NCBI GenBank assembly: GCA_002792635.1
Contig: PFOR01000009.1
Coordinates: forward strand, 1-52,232
Direction of reading: 5' to 3'
From: Candidatus Pacearchaeota archaeon CG_4_10_14_0_2_um_filter_35_33
GTDB taxonomy: Archaea > Nanobdellota > Nanobdellia > Pacearchaeales > GW2011-AR1
DNA: 52,232 bases
Position 1 is the first letter of the stretch; each line of letters opens with the position of its first letter. The notes beneath the pieces were generated by a model that had not been told where the DNA came from, did not search any database, and saw only the letters and a list, made by a program, of their open reading frames with translations. A program made the position numbers and the translations under genes. Shown piece by piece: positions 39,519 to 49,086 of this stretch.

Positions 39519-39875
39519 TTAATTATGTGCAAGTATTGGGCTAGCAAACTCTGTCTTTCTTAATGGGGGCATTGGTTGAGAGAATTGCTTGCCTTTTGAT
39601 TGTAACACAACTAAAAGCATCCATTGATTTCTAAAACTTTTATATTCAATTCTTGCAGAGTTTAGTTCAGATAAAAAACTCTTATTTATCTCAGGATTAA
39701 ACGAACCAAAAAATTCACTAGCATCCATTATTTCTATTCCAACAACCCCATCATCACTATCCAAGTCAAGAACTATTCCTTCTGACACCTCCAAACTTTC
39801 TTTAACATCTTCATTATGTTCATAAATAACTAAAATATCATTCTCATCATCGTAGTCGTATTTCATATTATTCAT
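39519..39875 (-). CDS. DUF2283 family protein (putative antitoxin)
   Basis: YDYDDENDILVI...LDLDSDDGVVGIEIMDAS. Confidence 0.82.
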   Translation of the reverse strand: MNNMKYDYDDENDILVIYEHNEDVKESLEVSEGIVLDLDSDDGVVGIEIMDASEFFGSFNPEINKSFLSELNSARIEYKSFRNQWMLLVVLQSKGKQFSQPMPPLRKTEFASPILAHN

Positions 39876-40207
39876 TGTATTTCTAAGTTTTTAAATCTTT
39901 TTTTGTTATATTTAGACAAGGTTTTCCTACCTAGAGGATAGGCAGTAATTACTCTTAATCTATCTCTAATAGTTATTATGTAAACTCTGCCTTTCCTTTT
40001 TGAATAAACATAAAATAGTGCATATCTTAATTCCTTATTGACTCTTTGCTTTTCAACAAATTTCAAATTTTTAAGAGAAAACAAATCCTCAACTACTTCT
40101 TCTTTTGTTGCCTTTATTCTATTCAAGAGATATTTTTCCAATTTTCCAAACTCAAAATCCTCTTTAGAGTACTTTTCTAATAACTCTTTAGCCTCTTTTA
40201 TTTCCAT
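39872..40207 (-). CDS. putative RelE/BrnT/DUF4258-like toxin
   Basis: Basic 111-aa protein with RVITAYP, directly upstream of the DUF2283 gene. Confidence 0.6.
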   Translation of the reverse strand: MEIKEAKELLEKYSKEDFEFGKLEKYLLNRIKATKEEVVEDLFSLKNLKFVEKQRVNKELRYALFYVYSKRKGRVYIITIRDRLRVITAYPLGRKTLSKYNKKRFKNLEIQ

Positions 40208-40208
40208 T

Positions 40209-42953
40209 TTATTTCCATCTCAATTCTTTACATTTCTTAACAACATGTTCTAATTGCTTTAATGTAAACTTATCTAATGGCCTTTCTTCTGTTAAAGGAT
40301 GTTTAGCTAAATCCTTTAGTTCAATATGCTTTGTCCTAACAAAAACTTCTTTTAATAATCTTAAAAATTTTAATTGCTCGGAGTTGTAATGCTCATTTCT
40401 TGAAAGTACATACTTATCAAATTCCATCTTTATAATCCCTTCAGGATCAGGAAGGTCTTTTAACCCAATTATTTGCCTCAAAAAGATAACAAAATCAACC
40501 TTAAGGATATTCTGCAAATTATCAATAGTCCAAGTAGGATTTAAACCAGAAAGCTTTTTTTCAATCTCTAAGAGTTCATCAGAAGTTACACCTTCACCAA
40601 ACCTAATTTTTTTAATAAGTGAATCTTTTTCTAAAAGCTCAATTAAATCAGGGTTCTCTTTAATCTCGTGCTTTATTTCTTCAACACTTAAAACAATATC
40701 CGGAGCATTTACTCTTAACATCTTTTTCCTGTCCTTTTCGTAATAAATCAATAAAGGGGCTATTTCTCTAATTAAGAAATCAGCATCATCAAAAGTCAAA
40801 TCACCCCAAAACTTATCACCTAAGACTTTTTTCAGTTCATCACTTTTTGCCTGCACAACTTCTAAACCTTTCTCCCAAATGTTCTCAACTCTTTCTTGAA
40901 CAAAATCTTGAACTTTCCAAATCTTATCCTTATCATCTTCTTTTATAGCATCAAATAGCTTAACGCACTGAGATATAAAATAATAAACCTTTGAATTATC
41001 TGTTTTAGAGTAAATCAATAAAGGGGCTATTTCTTCTTTCAATGTTTTTATGTGGTCTTTTAATTCAAACTTTTTAGAAACAACTTTTTTAATAATTGAG
41101 GCTTTCTCCATAACAACAGGAGAATCCATATCAATTGTCTTTATAGTATCTCTAATTTCTTTTTCTAATATTTTTCTTTGCTTATCATCAAGCTTTTTCT
41201 TTAATAAATCAACTTGTTCTAAGAAAATTCTTGTTTTAGCATCCATCACAGCAGATTTAGCCCTTGATTTGTCAAGCTTATGAAAAATTACATTTGAATG
41301 ATCCCCAAACTTAAAATCTAAAATTAAAAAGTTCTCTTTGACATGGATTCCATCTTTTGAAGGCAATCTATCTTTAAATCTACAAGCTTCTAAATTTCTT
41401 GTTCCTCTTCCCAACATCTGCCAAAATCTGATAGGAGAGAAAACAGGCCTTACAAAAACTAAATTACATATTTCAGGAATATCTACTCCAGTATCTAAAA
41501 CACCGACAGATAAAGCAATTCTAGGTTCATCATATCTATCAAATCTTTTAACTTCATCCATATACCTTGACCTATCTGAAGTTATAACCCTCACATCTTT
41601 AGCTAAAACAGGATATAACTTATCAAAGATTTCTTTTAATGAATCAGCATGTTTTACACTAGCACAAAAGAAAATAGTCTTACATGGCCTACCATCATCA
41701 GATTTATAGCAACGATCTACAAATTCTCTAACAATAAGTTCATTTGTTCTGGCATCTGTAAAATACCTCTCAAACCTTGTTCCCGGAAGTTCTGCCACCT
41801 CAGGATTTTCTTCTTGTTCCTTAAGAGCCTGTTTTAAATCCTTAGTTAATTTTGCCCCTTTAATTCCAAGAGTTAAAACTTGAGTATCAATAACATCCGC
41901 AACATAAGGCACTAAAACATTATCATTAACAGCAGTATCATAATCATAAGCAACTGTTGGCTTTTTATATTCACAATCAAACAAATCAAAAGTATCTCTT
42001 GTTTCCTCACTTGAAGGAGTTGCTGTAAGCCCTAATTTTAAACAATCAAAATACTGAAATAAAATATTATTCTTTTCATAAAAAGATCTATGGGCTTCAT
42101 CAAACACAATTAAATCAAATTCTGCAACTCCAAACTTTTCAAACATAGGCCTTTTTCTTTTATTGTCGTCATCGGTAAGAGTTTGAACTGTTGACGTATA
42201 AAGTGTAGCTGTATCTGAAAAACCTTCAACATTCAACTCACAAACAGGATCTGAAAAAAATGACTTAAACCCTCTTTCCTTAGCTTGATTTGATAATGAA
42301 ATCCTATCAACAACAAACAATACATTCTTAACATAACCTGCTTTAATTAAAGCATCAATAATAGCCATAGATACTCTTGTCTTTCCTGTTCCTGTTGCCA
42401 TATTGATTAAGGCAGATCTATGGCCTTTTTCATAATGCTTAAGAATCTGTTTAACTGCTTCTATACTTCTGGCACGATCAACTATTTTTTTATTTAACTT
42501 AACTTGGGAAGGTTTAATCTCATGCTCAAAAAGATATGCTCTTCTATGAAGGTCTTTTTGTGAAAAAGGAAGTAAAACTTTTCTCCTTCTGTCTTTTTGG
42601 TCTATAAAATACCATGTTTCTCCATTAGTGAGAAAAATAGGAATTGTTTTTTTGAGTTTTTTCTCAATATCTTCTTGATAAGTTTTTGCTTGTATCTCCC
42701 CTTTCTTAAAATCTACCGAACTTCTCTTTGCTTCAATAATGGCAAGAGGAGAGTTATTTTCATCTAAAAGCAGATAATCAATAAATCTATCCTTCCCTCT
42801 TTCAACCTTTCCACTAAAAGGAACATACTCTTTAGTTTTAAAATTAGATTTGAGAGAGTTTACTTCTTCCTTAATATATTTCTTCATCCATCCAACTAGC
42901 TCTAGCTTTGGATCTATTATTTTTTTTCTTGTGTCTTTCTCTGATAAGTCCAT
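40209..42953 (-). CDS. hsdR: type I R-M restriction subunit (EcoAI/EcoEI-like)
   Basis: SEKDTR..IDPKL, IEAKR, MATGTGKT, DEAHRS, LTATP, QMLGRGTR. Confidence 0.95.
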   Translation of the reverse strand: MDLSEKDTRKKIIDPKLELVGWMKKYIKEEVNSLKSNFKTKEYVPFSGKVERGKDRFIDYLLLDENNSPLAIIEAKRSSVDFKKGEIQAKTYQEDIEKKLKKTIPIFLTNGETWYFIDQKDRRRKVLLPFSQKDLHRRAYLFEHEIKPSQVKLNKKIVDRARSIEAVKQILKHYEKGHRSALINMATGTGKTRVSMAIIDALIKAGYVKNVLFVVDRISLSNQAKERGFKSFFSDPVCELNVEGFSDTATLYTSTVQTLTDDDNKRKRPMFEKFGVAEFDLIVFDEAHRSFYEKNNILFQYFDCLKLGLTATPSSEETRDTFDLFDCEYKKPTVAYDYDTAVNDNVLVPYVADVIDTQVLTLGIKGAKLTKDLKQALKEQEENPEVAELPGTRFERYFTDARTNELIVREFVDRCYKSDDGRPCKTIFFCASVKHADSLKEIFDKLYPVLAKDVRVITSDRSRYMDEVKRFDRYDEPRIALSVGVLDTGVDIPEICNLVFVRPVFSPIRFWQMLGRGTRNLEACRFKDRLPSKDGIHVKENFLILDFKFGDHSNVIFHKLDKSRAKSAVMDAKTRIFLEQVDLLKKKLDDKQRKILEKEIRDTIKTIDMDSPVVMEKASIIKKVVSKKFELKDHIKTLKEEIAPLLIYSKTDNSKVYYFISQCVKLFDAIKEDDKDKIWKVQDFVQERVENIWEKGLEVVQAKSDELKKVLGDKFWGDLTFDDADFLIREIAPLLIYYEKDRKKMLRVNAPDIVLSVEEIKHEIKENPDLIELLEKDSLIKKIRFGEGVTSDELLEIEKKLSGLNPTWTIDNLQNILKVDFVIFLRQIIGLKDLPDPEGIIKMEFDKYVLSRNEHYNSEQLKFLRLLKEVFVRTKHIELKDLAKHPLTEERPLDKFTLKQLEHVVKKCKELRWK

Positions 42954-43036
42954 AAATATAACAAGATAAACCGCTTAAAAAAGCTATCTTAATGTAAGTT
43001 CAAACTATCTTAATCACTGGAATTTTCATAGTCTCT

Positions 43037-43366
43037 GTGGTTTCTATTGCTGCAATAATAACCGTTCTAGTCTTATTTGTTCAAAGCATTGTTTTAGCCT
43101 TTGCAATCACTATCGCAACAATATTCTTCTATACAATGAAACGACCCCCTCTAAGGGTGTATTTCCATAGATTTATTCTATCGGAGTTAAGGGCCACAAT
43201 AGGCTCAATGGAAACAATAGTCCTTTCGGTAGCAAGTATAATTGCAATTCCTCTTGTTGGTTTAGCAGTAGACATATTAGGACCAAGAATAGCTATATTC
43301 CTTTCAGCAATACTATTAGCCCCAGGAATTATAATATTCTATAAAATCAAAGACGCTAAGAAATAA
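43037..43366 (+). pseudogene. MFS transporter 3' part
   Basis: LRATIGSM..IAIPLVGLAVDILGPR C-terminal MFS helices; same strand as the 5' part at 32425. Confidence 0.7.
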
Positions 43367-43428
43367 TTTCTCATAAAATAAAAAAGAGAGAAAGTTAAAA
43401 AAAATAAAAAGAAAAAAGGAAACAAAAT

Positions 43429-44655
43429 TTAGTAATAACTTTCTCCGAACTCTTCGTTCTTCTCAGGCTTCCTTGTCAATAGAACGATAAGAACAATTAA
43501 CAAGACTATAAAGATTATAGCCAAGATTATTGTTAGAACAACAGCAGCGGAATCGCCACCGAATGATGTTCCTTCAACTCTAGCTGTAAAGTTTTCAGTC
43601 TGGATAAGTCCTTCATCGCTGTGTACGTTTACGGTAAAGCCATAGTTTCCTTCCTTGCTAGCATCTGCCGTGAACTTAACAGTTCTGGCAGAGCCGGCAG
43701 GAACAACTACTATTGACTCGTCAAAGTCGACATTCAAACCCTCATCAGCATCTACGATTAACTCGTAAATCTTGATTTCATCGCCTGCATTAACCAAGGT
43801 AATGCTGTAACTTCCTTCTGAACCAACAGCAAAATCATCAGAATTAGATCCTGAATAAATTGTGCTTTTATCAGTGGAACCAACAACAACAATTCTCTTG
43901 ATAACAGTTGTAGTGGAGTCATCGTTGTAAGCAGTAACTTCAATTTCGTAAACACCAGTCTCTACATTGGAAGGTAGCATCAAATACATCCTTCTTTCAG
44001 CAGAGTCGTGTTCATCTTCATCAACTCCTTCGATTGGGTCTTTAGGTGCAAGATCGCCAAAGTAGGCTCTTGTATTTATTCCCAATACAGGAATTTCTGC
44101 TTCAACAAATGTGTCTTCAGCCTCATGTCTTCCTCTGTTCTTCAAAACAATGTCCAAGGCAACGCTTTCACCTGCTTCAACCTCTGTACTAGGGGTATTA
44201 ACAGACAAAATTTCAACCTCGTAGTTGCTTCTCTGAACGTTAAGGTCTACATGATACTCAACGACAGATCCGTCTTCTGTTTCGATGGAAATCTCAAGGG
44301 TTCTTTCTTCGTCTGGATCAATCTTGTAAGGCAAACCGATATGTAGGTTTTCTCTGTAAGTGCTTTCAGCTATTACATCAAACCTTTCAGTTGCTTCAGA
44401 AAGTCCAGGCTCACCAATTATTCGAGCGTAAACTCGGACATCGTCCTTGTCTTCGTTTGCTGTAAATTTAACTGCAATAGCTACAGTTTCACCAGCAGTA
44501 ACAGTTGCACTTTCTCCTTCTTCATAAAAGATGCCATCAACCCAGACACCGTTTATGGTGGCGAATGCACTTACTGTAGGAGCTAAAACTAGCACCAACA
44601 AAAACACTGCGACAAGTGAAGCCAAAACATTTTTGGCTCTCATTTTGGTTTCCAT
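43429..44655 (-). CDS. cell-surface protein with Ig-like/CARDB-type domains and a C-terminal TM anchor
   Basis: Signal peptide, acidic beta-rich body (LKNRG, LVNAG), TM segment + RKPEKNEEFGESYY. Confidence 0.8.
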   Translation of the reverse strand: METKMRAKNVLASLVAVFLLVLVLAPTVSAFATINGVWVDGIFYEEGESATVTAGETVAIAVKFTANEDKDDVRVYARIIGEPGLSEATERFDVIAESTYRENLHIGLPYKIDPDEERTLEISIETEDGSVVEYHVDLNVQRSNYEVEILSVNTPSTEVEAGESVALDIVLKNRGRHEAEDTFVEAEIPVLGINTRAYFGDLAPKDPIEGVDEDEHDSAERRMYLMLPSNVETGVYEIEVTAYNDDSTTTVIKRIVVVGSTDKSTIYSGSNSDDFAVGSEGSYSITLVNAGDEIKIYELIVDADEGLNVDFDESIVVVPAGSARTVKFTADASKEGNYGFTVNVHSDEGLIQTENFTARVEGTSFGGDSAAVVLTIILAIIFIVLLIVLIVLLTRKPEKNEEFGESYY

Positions 44656-44779
44656 TTTAGTTTAGTTGATAATTCAACCAATAACCCTTTTATAAACTTT
44701 ATGGTGACAACAATGTTGTTATATTATGTAGTAACAAATAAGCAAAAAATATATAAATGGTATACCAAAGTATATATCT

Positions 44780-44995
44780 ATGAAATCGACGACAAAACAA
44801 CAAAATAATGAAATAACCACTATCAAACTTTCCAAAAAAACAAAGGCTAGATTAGACAATTTAAAAACATATAAAAGGGAGACTTACGAGGATACAATAT
44901 CCAAAATCCTTGGTATACTGAACTTATGTAAGGTCAATCCAGCCCACGCCAAGTCAAAATTGCTACAGATAGATAGACAGAAATTATTCAAGTAA
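44780..44995 (+). CDS. small RHH-like DNA-binding protein
   Basis: ITTIKLSKKTKARLDNLK..ETYEDTI. Confidence 0.7.
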   Translation: MKSTTKQQNNEITTIKLSKKTKARLDNLKTYKRETYEDTISKILGILNLCKVNPAHAKSKLLQIDRQKLFK

Positions 44996-45745
44996 TTCCA
45001 GACCTTCAATACAATCGTCAATCATATCAGGACTCTCATTTATCAGGACCACATCCTTTTCTGGCAGGTTTTTGAATAACTCTTTCCATTCCTTTCTCCC
45101 TGTTTTCCTGTGTTTCTTCTCTCCCTTCTCCCCATATATGATGCCAGAAAAATGGCAATGCCATTTCTTTCCTGGGAAAAGCCTTCCAATCTTATCGTAA
45201 TCAACCTTCTTATCTCTCGCAAGAATATGCGCAAAATCAATACACGCAGAACATCCAGCATCCTTGCATAAATTAGAAATTTCTTCAATGCTCCCAAAAA
45301 CATTCACTTTTCCCATAGTCTCAGGATAAAGCTCCACTTTCCAGCCATTCTTTTTTATAACAGACATAATATCTTGGATTCCAGATTTTATCATATCATA
45401 AGCCCCTTCTTTATTCTTTCCATAATACCCCGGATGGAATACTACTCCTGAAGCTTTCAACCAGCTAGCAACCTCACAACAAGCTAGAATCCTGGTCTTG
45501 CTAGCCTCTCTCTTTTCCTTTTCCTGGCTATTCAAATTAACAAAATATGGAGCATGAATGCTTAATGAGATTCCAAGCTCTTTAGCCTTCTTTCCTATCC
45601 TGACAGCATCCTCCTTATTCTTAATATAAACACTATAAGTGAATGCAATCTCACATGCCTTAAATCCGAGTCTATGATATTCTTCCAGCCTCTCCTCAGC
45701 CTCCTTAACACTTCCTAAACCTGCCGGCCCTATTTTTATTGCCAT
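44984..45745 (-). CDS. nfo: endonuclease IV family (AP endonuclease 2)
   Basis: SIHAPYFVNLNS, FHPGYY, PETMGK, CIDFAH, HCHFSGI. Confidence 0.9.
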   Translation of the reverse strand: MAIKIGPAGLGSVKEAEERLEEYHRLGFKACEIAFTYSVYIKNKEDAVRIGKKAKELGISLSIHAPYFVNLNSQEKEKREASKTRILACCEVASWLKASGVVFHPGYYGKNKEGAYDMIKSGIQDIMSVIKKNGWKVELYPETMGKVNVFGSIEEISNLCKDAGCSACIDFAHILARDKKVDYDKIGRLFPGKKWHCHFSGIIYGEKGEKKHRKTGRKEWKELFKNLPEKDVVLINESPDMIDDCIEGLELLE

Positions 45746-45794
45746 ACTTATTGCTTTGAACAAATCTTTTTATATTTTCTCTAAAACCAGAATT

Positions 45795-46397
45795 CTAAAA
45801 CCTTAATAAATTATTATTACACACTTCCAAAAGAATTTCATGAGGTCCCAATCTATCAAACTCAATTGGATTTTGGATAATTAATTCAGGCATTCTAAAA
45901 CTACTATTATATTCATCGGCAGGAACTCCGAAAATGCATATTTTCTAGTAGCATTAGTTACATTTCAGATACCATTCCATTGCCAATCAGCGAAATGGGC
46001 TCTATCGACAACAAAAGCCCCATCACTAGGTAAGATCTCAAATTTAACTCCCATTATATATATTATCATATGAAAATATCCTAATACCTACTTGCAAAAT
46101 ATCCCATTCTCTTCCTCCATACTCATAATCTTGCCAAGATCTTGGTGCTTTTTCGTTAGGAAAAGCGTAAATGTAGCCATCGCGAGCTCAGTTTGGCAAT
46201 CCAGGAACACTACCTAATGGAACAAGTCTTCTATTTGGCTTAAGGGTTTTATCCTTCCTCTCTTTTTTCAATTTCTTCCAATTATCTATTATTATGTCAA
46301 GGTTGCTTGAGCATCCAAAAGTTCAAACAAACCCCACATTTTAGTGTGGAGTAAAACACAAGAACTTTTTGATGTAATGGAATTCAATCTTTACCAT
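45795..46397 (-). pseudogene. degraded hypothetical gene disrupted by element copy 4, stops and frameshifts
   Basis: MVKIEFHY|IIIDNWKK...GLPN*ARDGYIYAF; later FVVDRAHF and MPELIIQNPIEFDRL in other frames. Confidence 0.55.
46296..46373 (+). mobile_element. small palindromic insertion element, copy 4 (78 bp)
   Basis: Same termini; internal CCACATTTTAGTGTGG hairpin. Confidence 0.82.
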
Positions 46398-46432
46398 AGA
46401 AATCGAAAATTTGTACAGTTTTTAAAACTGTC

Positions 46433-46870
46433 TCATCCTAAATCAGCTAATGCATCATCCAAACCGTCCAATAAATATTGGTGTAGTTTCTCTATAATCC
46501 TTTCCTGCAATTTTTCTTTTAATTCACCACTACAAGCCTTTAAATCTTCATCAGGATAGTTTGCAAAACCAAGCGGGAAATAACAATCCATCGAATTGCC
46601 CTCATACTCTCTCAAGCCCAAGTCACCTTCCTTAGCCATTAAAAGTGTAACATCAACCCTACACTCCCTTCCAACACTACCCACAACCTCATATTTCCAA
46701 GAGACTTCAGTTTCTTCATTAATATAAGAAGCAGGCGAACAAGCCCTCATACTCTCTTCAAAACAACCATACGTATCACAACTAATAGGTCTTGAAATAA
46801 AATACACAATCAAAAATATCAATGCCAGAATTACCCACGCTACAATAAAATATACCTCTTTGCTTCTCAT
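46433..46870 (-). CDS. membrane-anchored Cys-containing hypothetical protein
   Basis: N-terminal TM segment; six Cys. Confidence 0.75.
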   Translation of the reverse strand: MRSKEVYFIVAWVILALIFLIVYFISRPISCDTYGCFEESMRACSPASYINEETEVSWKYEVVGSVGRECRVDVTLLMAKEGDLGLREYEGNSMDCYFPLGFANYPDEDLKACSGELKEKLQERIIEKLHQYLLDGLDDALADLG

Positions 46871-46902
46871 AAATAGAATAATTAGTAAGGATATTTAAGT
46901 TT

Positions 46903-48078
46903 TTACAAACTTATCAATTTAACGTTTGTATCAGGAACCGAGGTAAAATTAGTAGCCCCCAAGAACTTAACACCTTTTTCATCACATGCTTTAATTACTG
47001 CAGCAGGAGCTACACCATCTATCACAACAGCAGCAATGCTCTTCCTCGACCTCCTCAAGCTTCCAGAAACTTCCATTTGCGAAACTTCTCTAACGACATT
47101 CAAATCATAGTCTAGAAGCAAGGCCTTCCTACTTCCAGAAATACTTTCAAACTTTTCCTTAATAGTCTGCTTTGCTTTCTCAGCGTCAACTTCTTTTTCA
47201 GGAACATCAGGCCCGGTAGGTTCAGAATGTCTTTCAGAATATCTTCTTCTATAACCTTCATTATCCACCTTATTCAAGTATTCTTTAGCAGGAATTTTCT
47301 TTCTTAATGCTTGCAAAATTTCTTTTCCAGTAAGCTCCTCAACCTCTTTTCCATCGGGAGCAACAGCAATATAACTAATTTTAGCATTGCTTGTAACATT
47401 CTTAACAATCAACTTTCCACCTCTATCACCATCAACGAACAAAGTTAGCTCCTTGCTTTCACCAAGTCTTGTAATTTCCTTAGGCATTTTAACACCCTGC
47501 ATTCCTATAACATTATTTACTCTGTTTTTCAACAAATTAACTACATCCGCTCTTCCTTCAACAACAATTATCTCATCTCCACTAAGGTCTCCAGCAGGTA
47601 ACTTTTCATCCCCATACTCCTGAATCTTTGCAGCTCTTGATTCATCCTTTAATGTTTTGGCCATCTCATTCATACTTCCCCCATCAACCCCTTCTAACAA
47701 CTTCCGGGCCCTATCAATTATGTAATCTCTTTTGCTTCCCCTAACATCCTCAATCTTTTCGATTTCAACACTTGCCTCAGTTGGCCCAATTCTATCAATC
47801 GTTTCAAGAGTTGCAGCAATAATCGTTGTTTCACTTTTATCTAAAGCACTTGGAACTTGGATTTCTCCGATTGATTTTCCATCGACAGATTCCAAATCAA
47901 CTTCAATCCTTCCAATCTTTCCTTCCTTTTGCAATTCACGCATTTCCATATCAGCACCCAAAAGACCTTCTGTCTGTCCAAAAATAGCACCAATTACGTC
48001 CGGTTTTTCAACTGGACCTTCGGCTCTGAAATTCGCATAAATCATATATTTTATTGAAACCGGACTTATCTTTGCCAT
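46903..48078 (-). CDS. dnaG: archaeal DnaG (TOPRIM, exosome-associated)
   Basis: VEKPDVIGAIFGQTEGLLG, VVEGRADV, FVDGDRGG. Confidence 0.95.
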   Translation of the reverse strand: MAKISPVSIKYMIYANFRAEGPVEKPDVIGAIFGQTEGLLGADMEMRELQKEGKIGRIEVDLESVDGKSIGEIQVPSALDKSETTIIAATLETIDRIGPTEASVEIEKIEDVRGSKRDYIIDRARKLLEGVDGGSMNEMAKTLKDESRAAKIQEYGDEKLPAGDLSGDEIIVVEGRADVVNLLKNRVNNVIGMQGVKMPKEITRLGESKELTLFVDGDRGGKLIVKNVTSNAKISYIAVAPDGKEVEELTGKEILQALRKKIPAKEYLNKVDNEGYRRRYSERHSEPTGPDVPEKEVDAEKAKQTIKEKFESISGSRKALLLDYDLNVVREVSQMEVSGSLRRSRKSIAAVVIDGVAPAAVIKACDEKGVKFLGATNFTSVPDTNVKLISL

Positions 48079-48329
48079 TTTCTCTTCTCCATTTCAGAAA
48101 GAACCAGATAATCTCTTATTCTTAAGGGCATAATAACTTAAGCCCAATCGTGAGCATGAACATGAAAGTGAAATTGATCCTTTCTGGAACTACTTCAAAA
48201 CTAAGGTATTTAAATTTTTCTATCAATGCGTGACGGTTAGAAACCCATCCACATATATAAACTTTTCTCGTCGATAAATATCCTAGAAACATTTATATAT
48301 TACATATATTCTTTAGGCATGTAAAAAAG

Positions 48330-48452
48330 ATGGTGATGGAAACAGAACTTGAAGTTGACAACATCGCAGCTTCTTTAGGCGATGAAGACGACAACAACAA
48401 GGCAGATATAGACGAACTTTATGGCGGACTAGAAAGCGCCGGATACGTTTAA
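48330..48452 (+). CDS. putative 40-aa acidic peptide
   Basis: MVMETELEVDNIAASLGDEDDNNKADIDELYGGLESAGYV; TATA box upstream, hairpin + T-run downstream. Confidence 0.5.
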   Translation: MVMETELEVDNIAASLGDEDDNNKADIDELYGGLESAGYV

Positions 48453-48458
48453 CTTTTC

Positions 48459-48488
48459 GGCCCTGTGCAAAAGGGCCCATATTTTTTT
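48459..48488 (+). terminator. hairpin + T-tract terminator
   Basis: GGCCCT-gtgcaaa-AGGGCC followed by ATATTTTTTT, between convergent genes. Confidence 0.55.
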
Positions 48489-49038
48489 AATATTTTTTTA
48501 AATTTTGATATTCTTTTATTAATCCGAGGGCTTGATAAAGGTTTAACAATTTACCTCTAATTTCTTTTTTTTCATCATCGTTTAAACTCAAAGTCATCAT
48601 CTTTTCATATGTTTTTTTAGCTTGATTTCTTTTATCCCGCTTCATATAATATTCTGCCTGGTTTTGATAATAATTCTTTAATCCATTTTTCATTTCTTCT
48701 TTTTCTTTAGAATTTCCACAAGCTAATGCAAATTTAAAAACCGTGTCTGCTTCATCAAATCCACCACCTCTGATAAATAGCTCAGCAGATTTCATGTAAT
48801 CCTGTATTTTTCCTCGATAAGTTGTATTAATGTCTGCAGAATTTTTAATCAACTTTGCAGCTTCTTTAAACATGTTTCTCGATTCATAGATTTTGGCAAG
48901 TCTTATCTGAACAAATTTCTTCGTATCAAAATCAATACTAGACCTCATAGCTCTTTGAAGATAATCCATCCTAACATAGTCACCCATGCCTTTAAGTTTC
49001 AATTCAATCTCGTGCTTAGACCTCTCTTTTATTTGCAT
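48487..49038 (-). CDS. TPR-like helical hypothetical protein
   Basis: Helical repeat pattern, 183 aa. Confidence 0.7.
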   Translation of the reverse strand: MQIKERSKHEIELKLKGMGDYVRMDYLQRAMRSSIDFDTKKFVQIRLAKIYESRNMFKEAAKLIKNSADINTTYRGKIQDYMKSAELFIRGGGFDEADTVFKFALACGNSKEKEEMKNGLKNYYQNQAEYYMKRDKRNQAKKTYEKMMTLSLNDDEKKEIRGKLLNLYQALGLIKEYQNLKKY

Positions 49039-49086
49039 CTTCGATAAAAGTGAAATTGGTTTATATTAATTTATGTCCTAGAAGAA

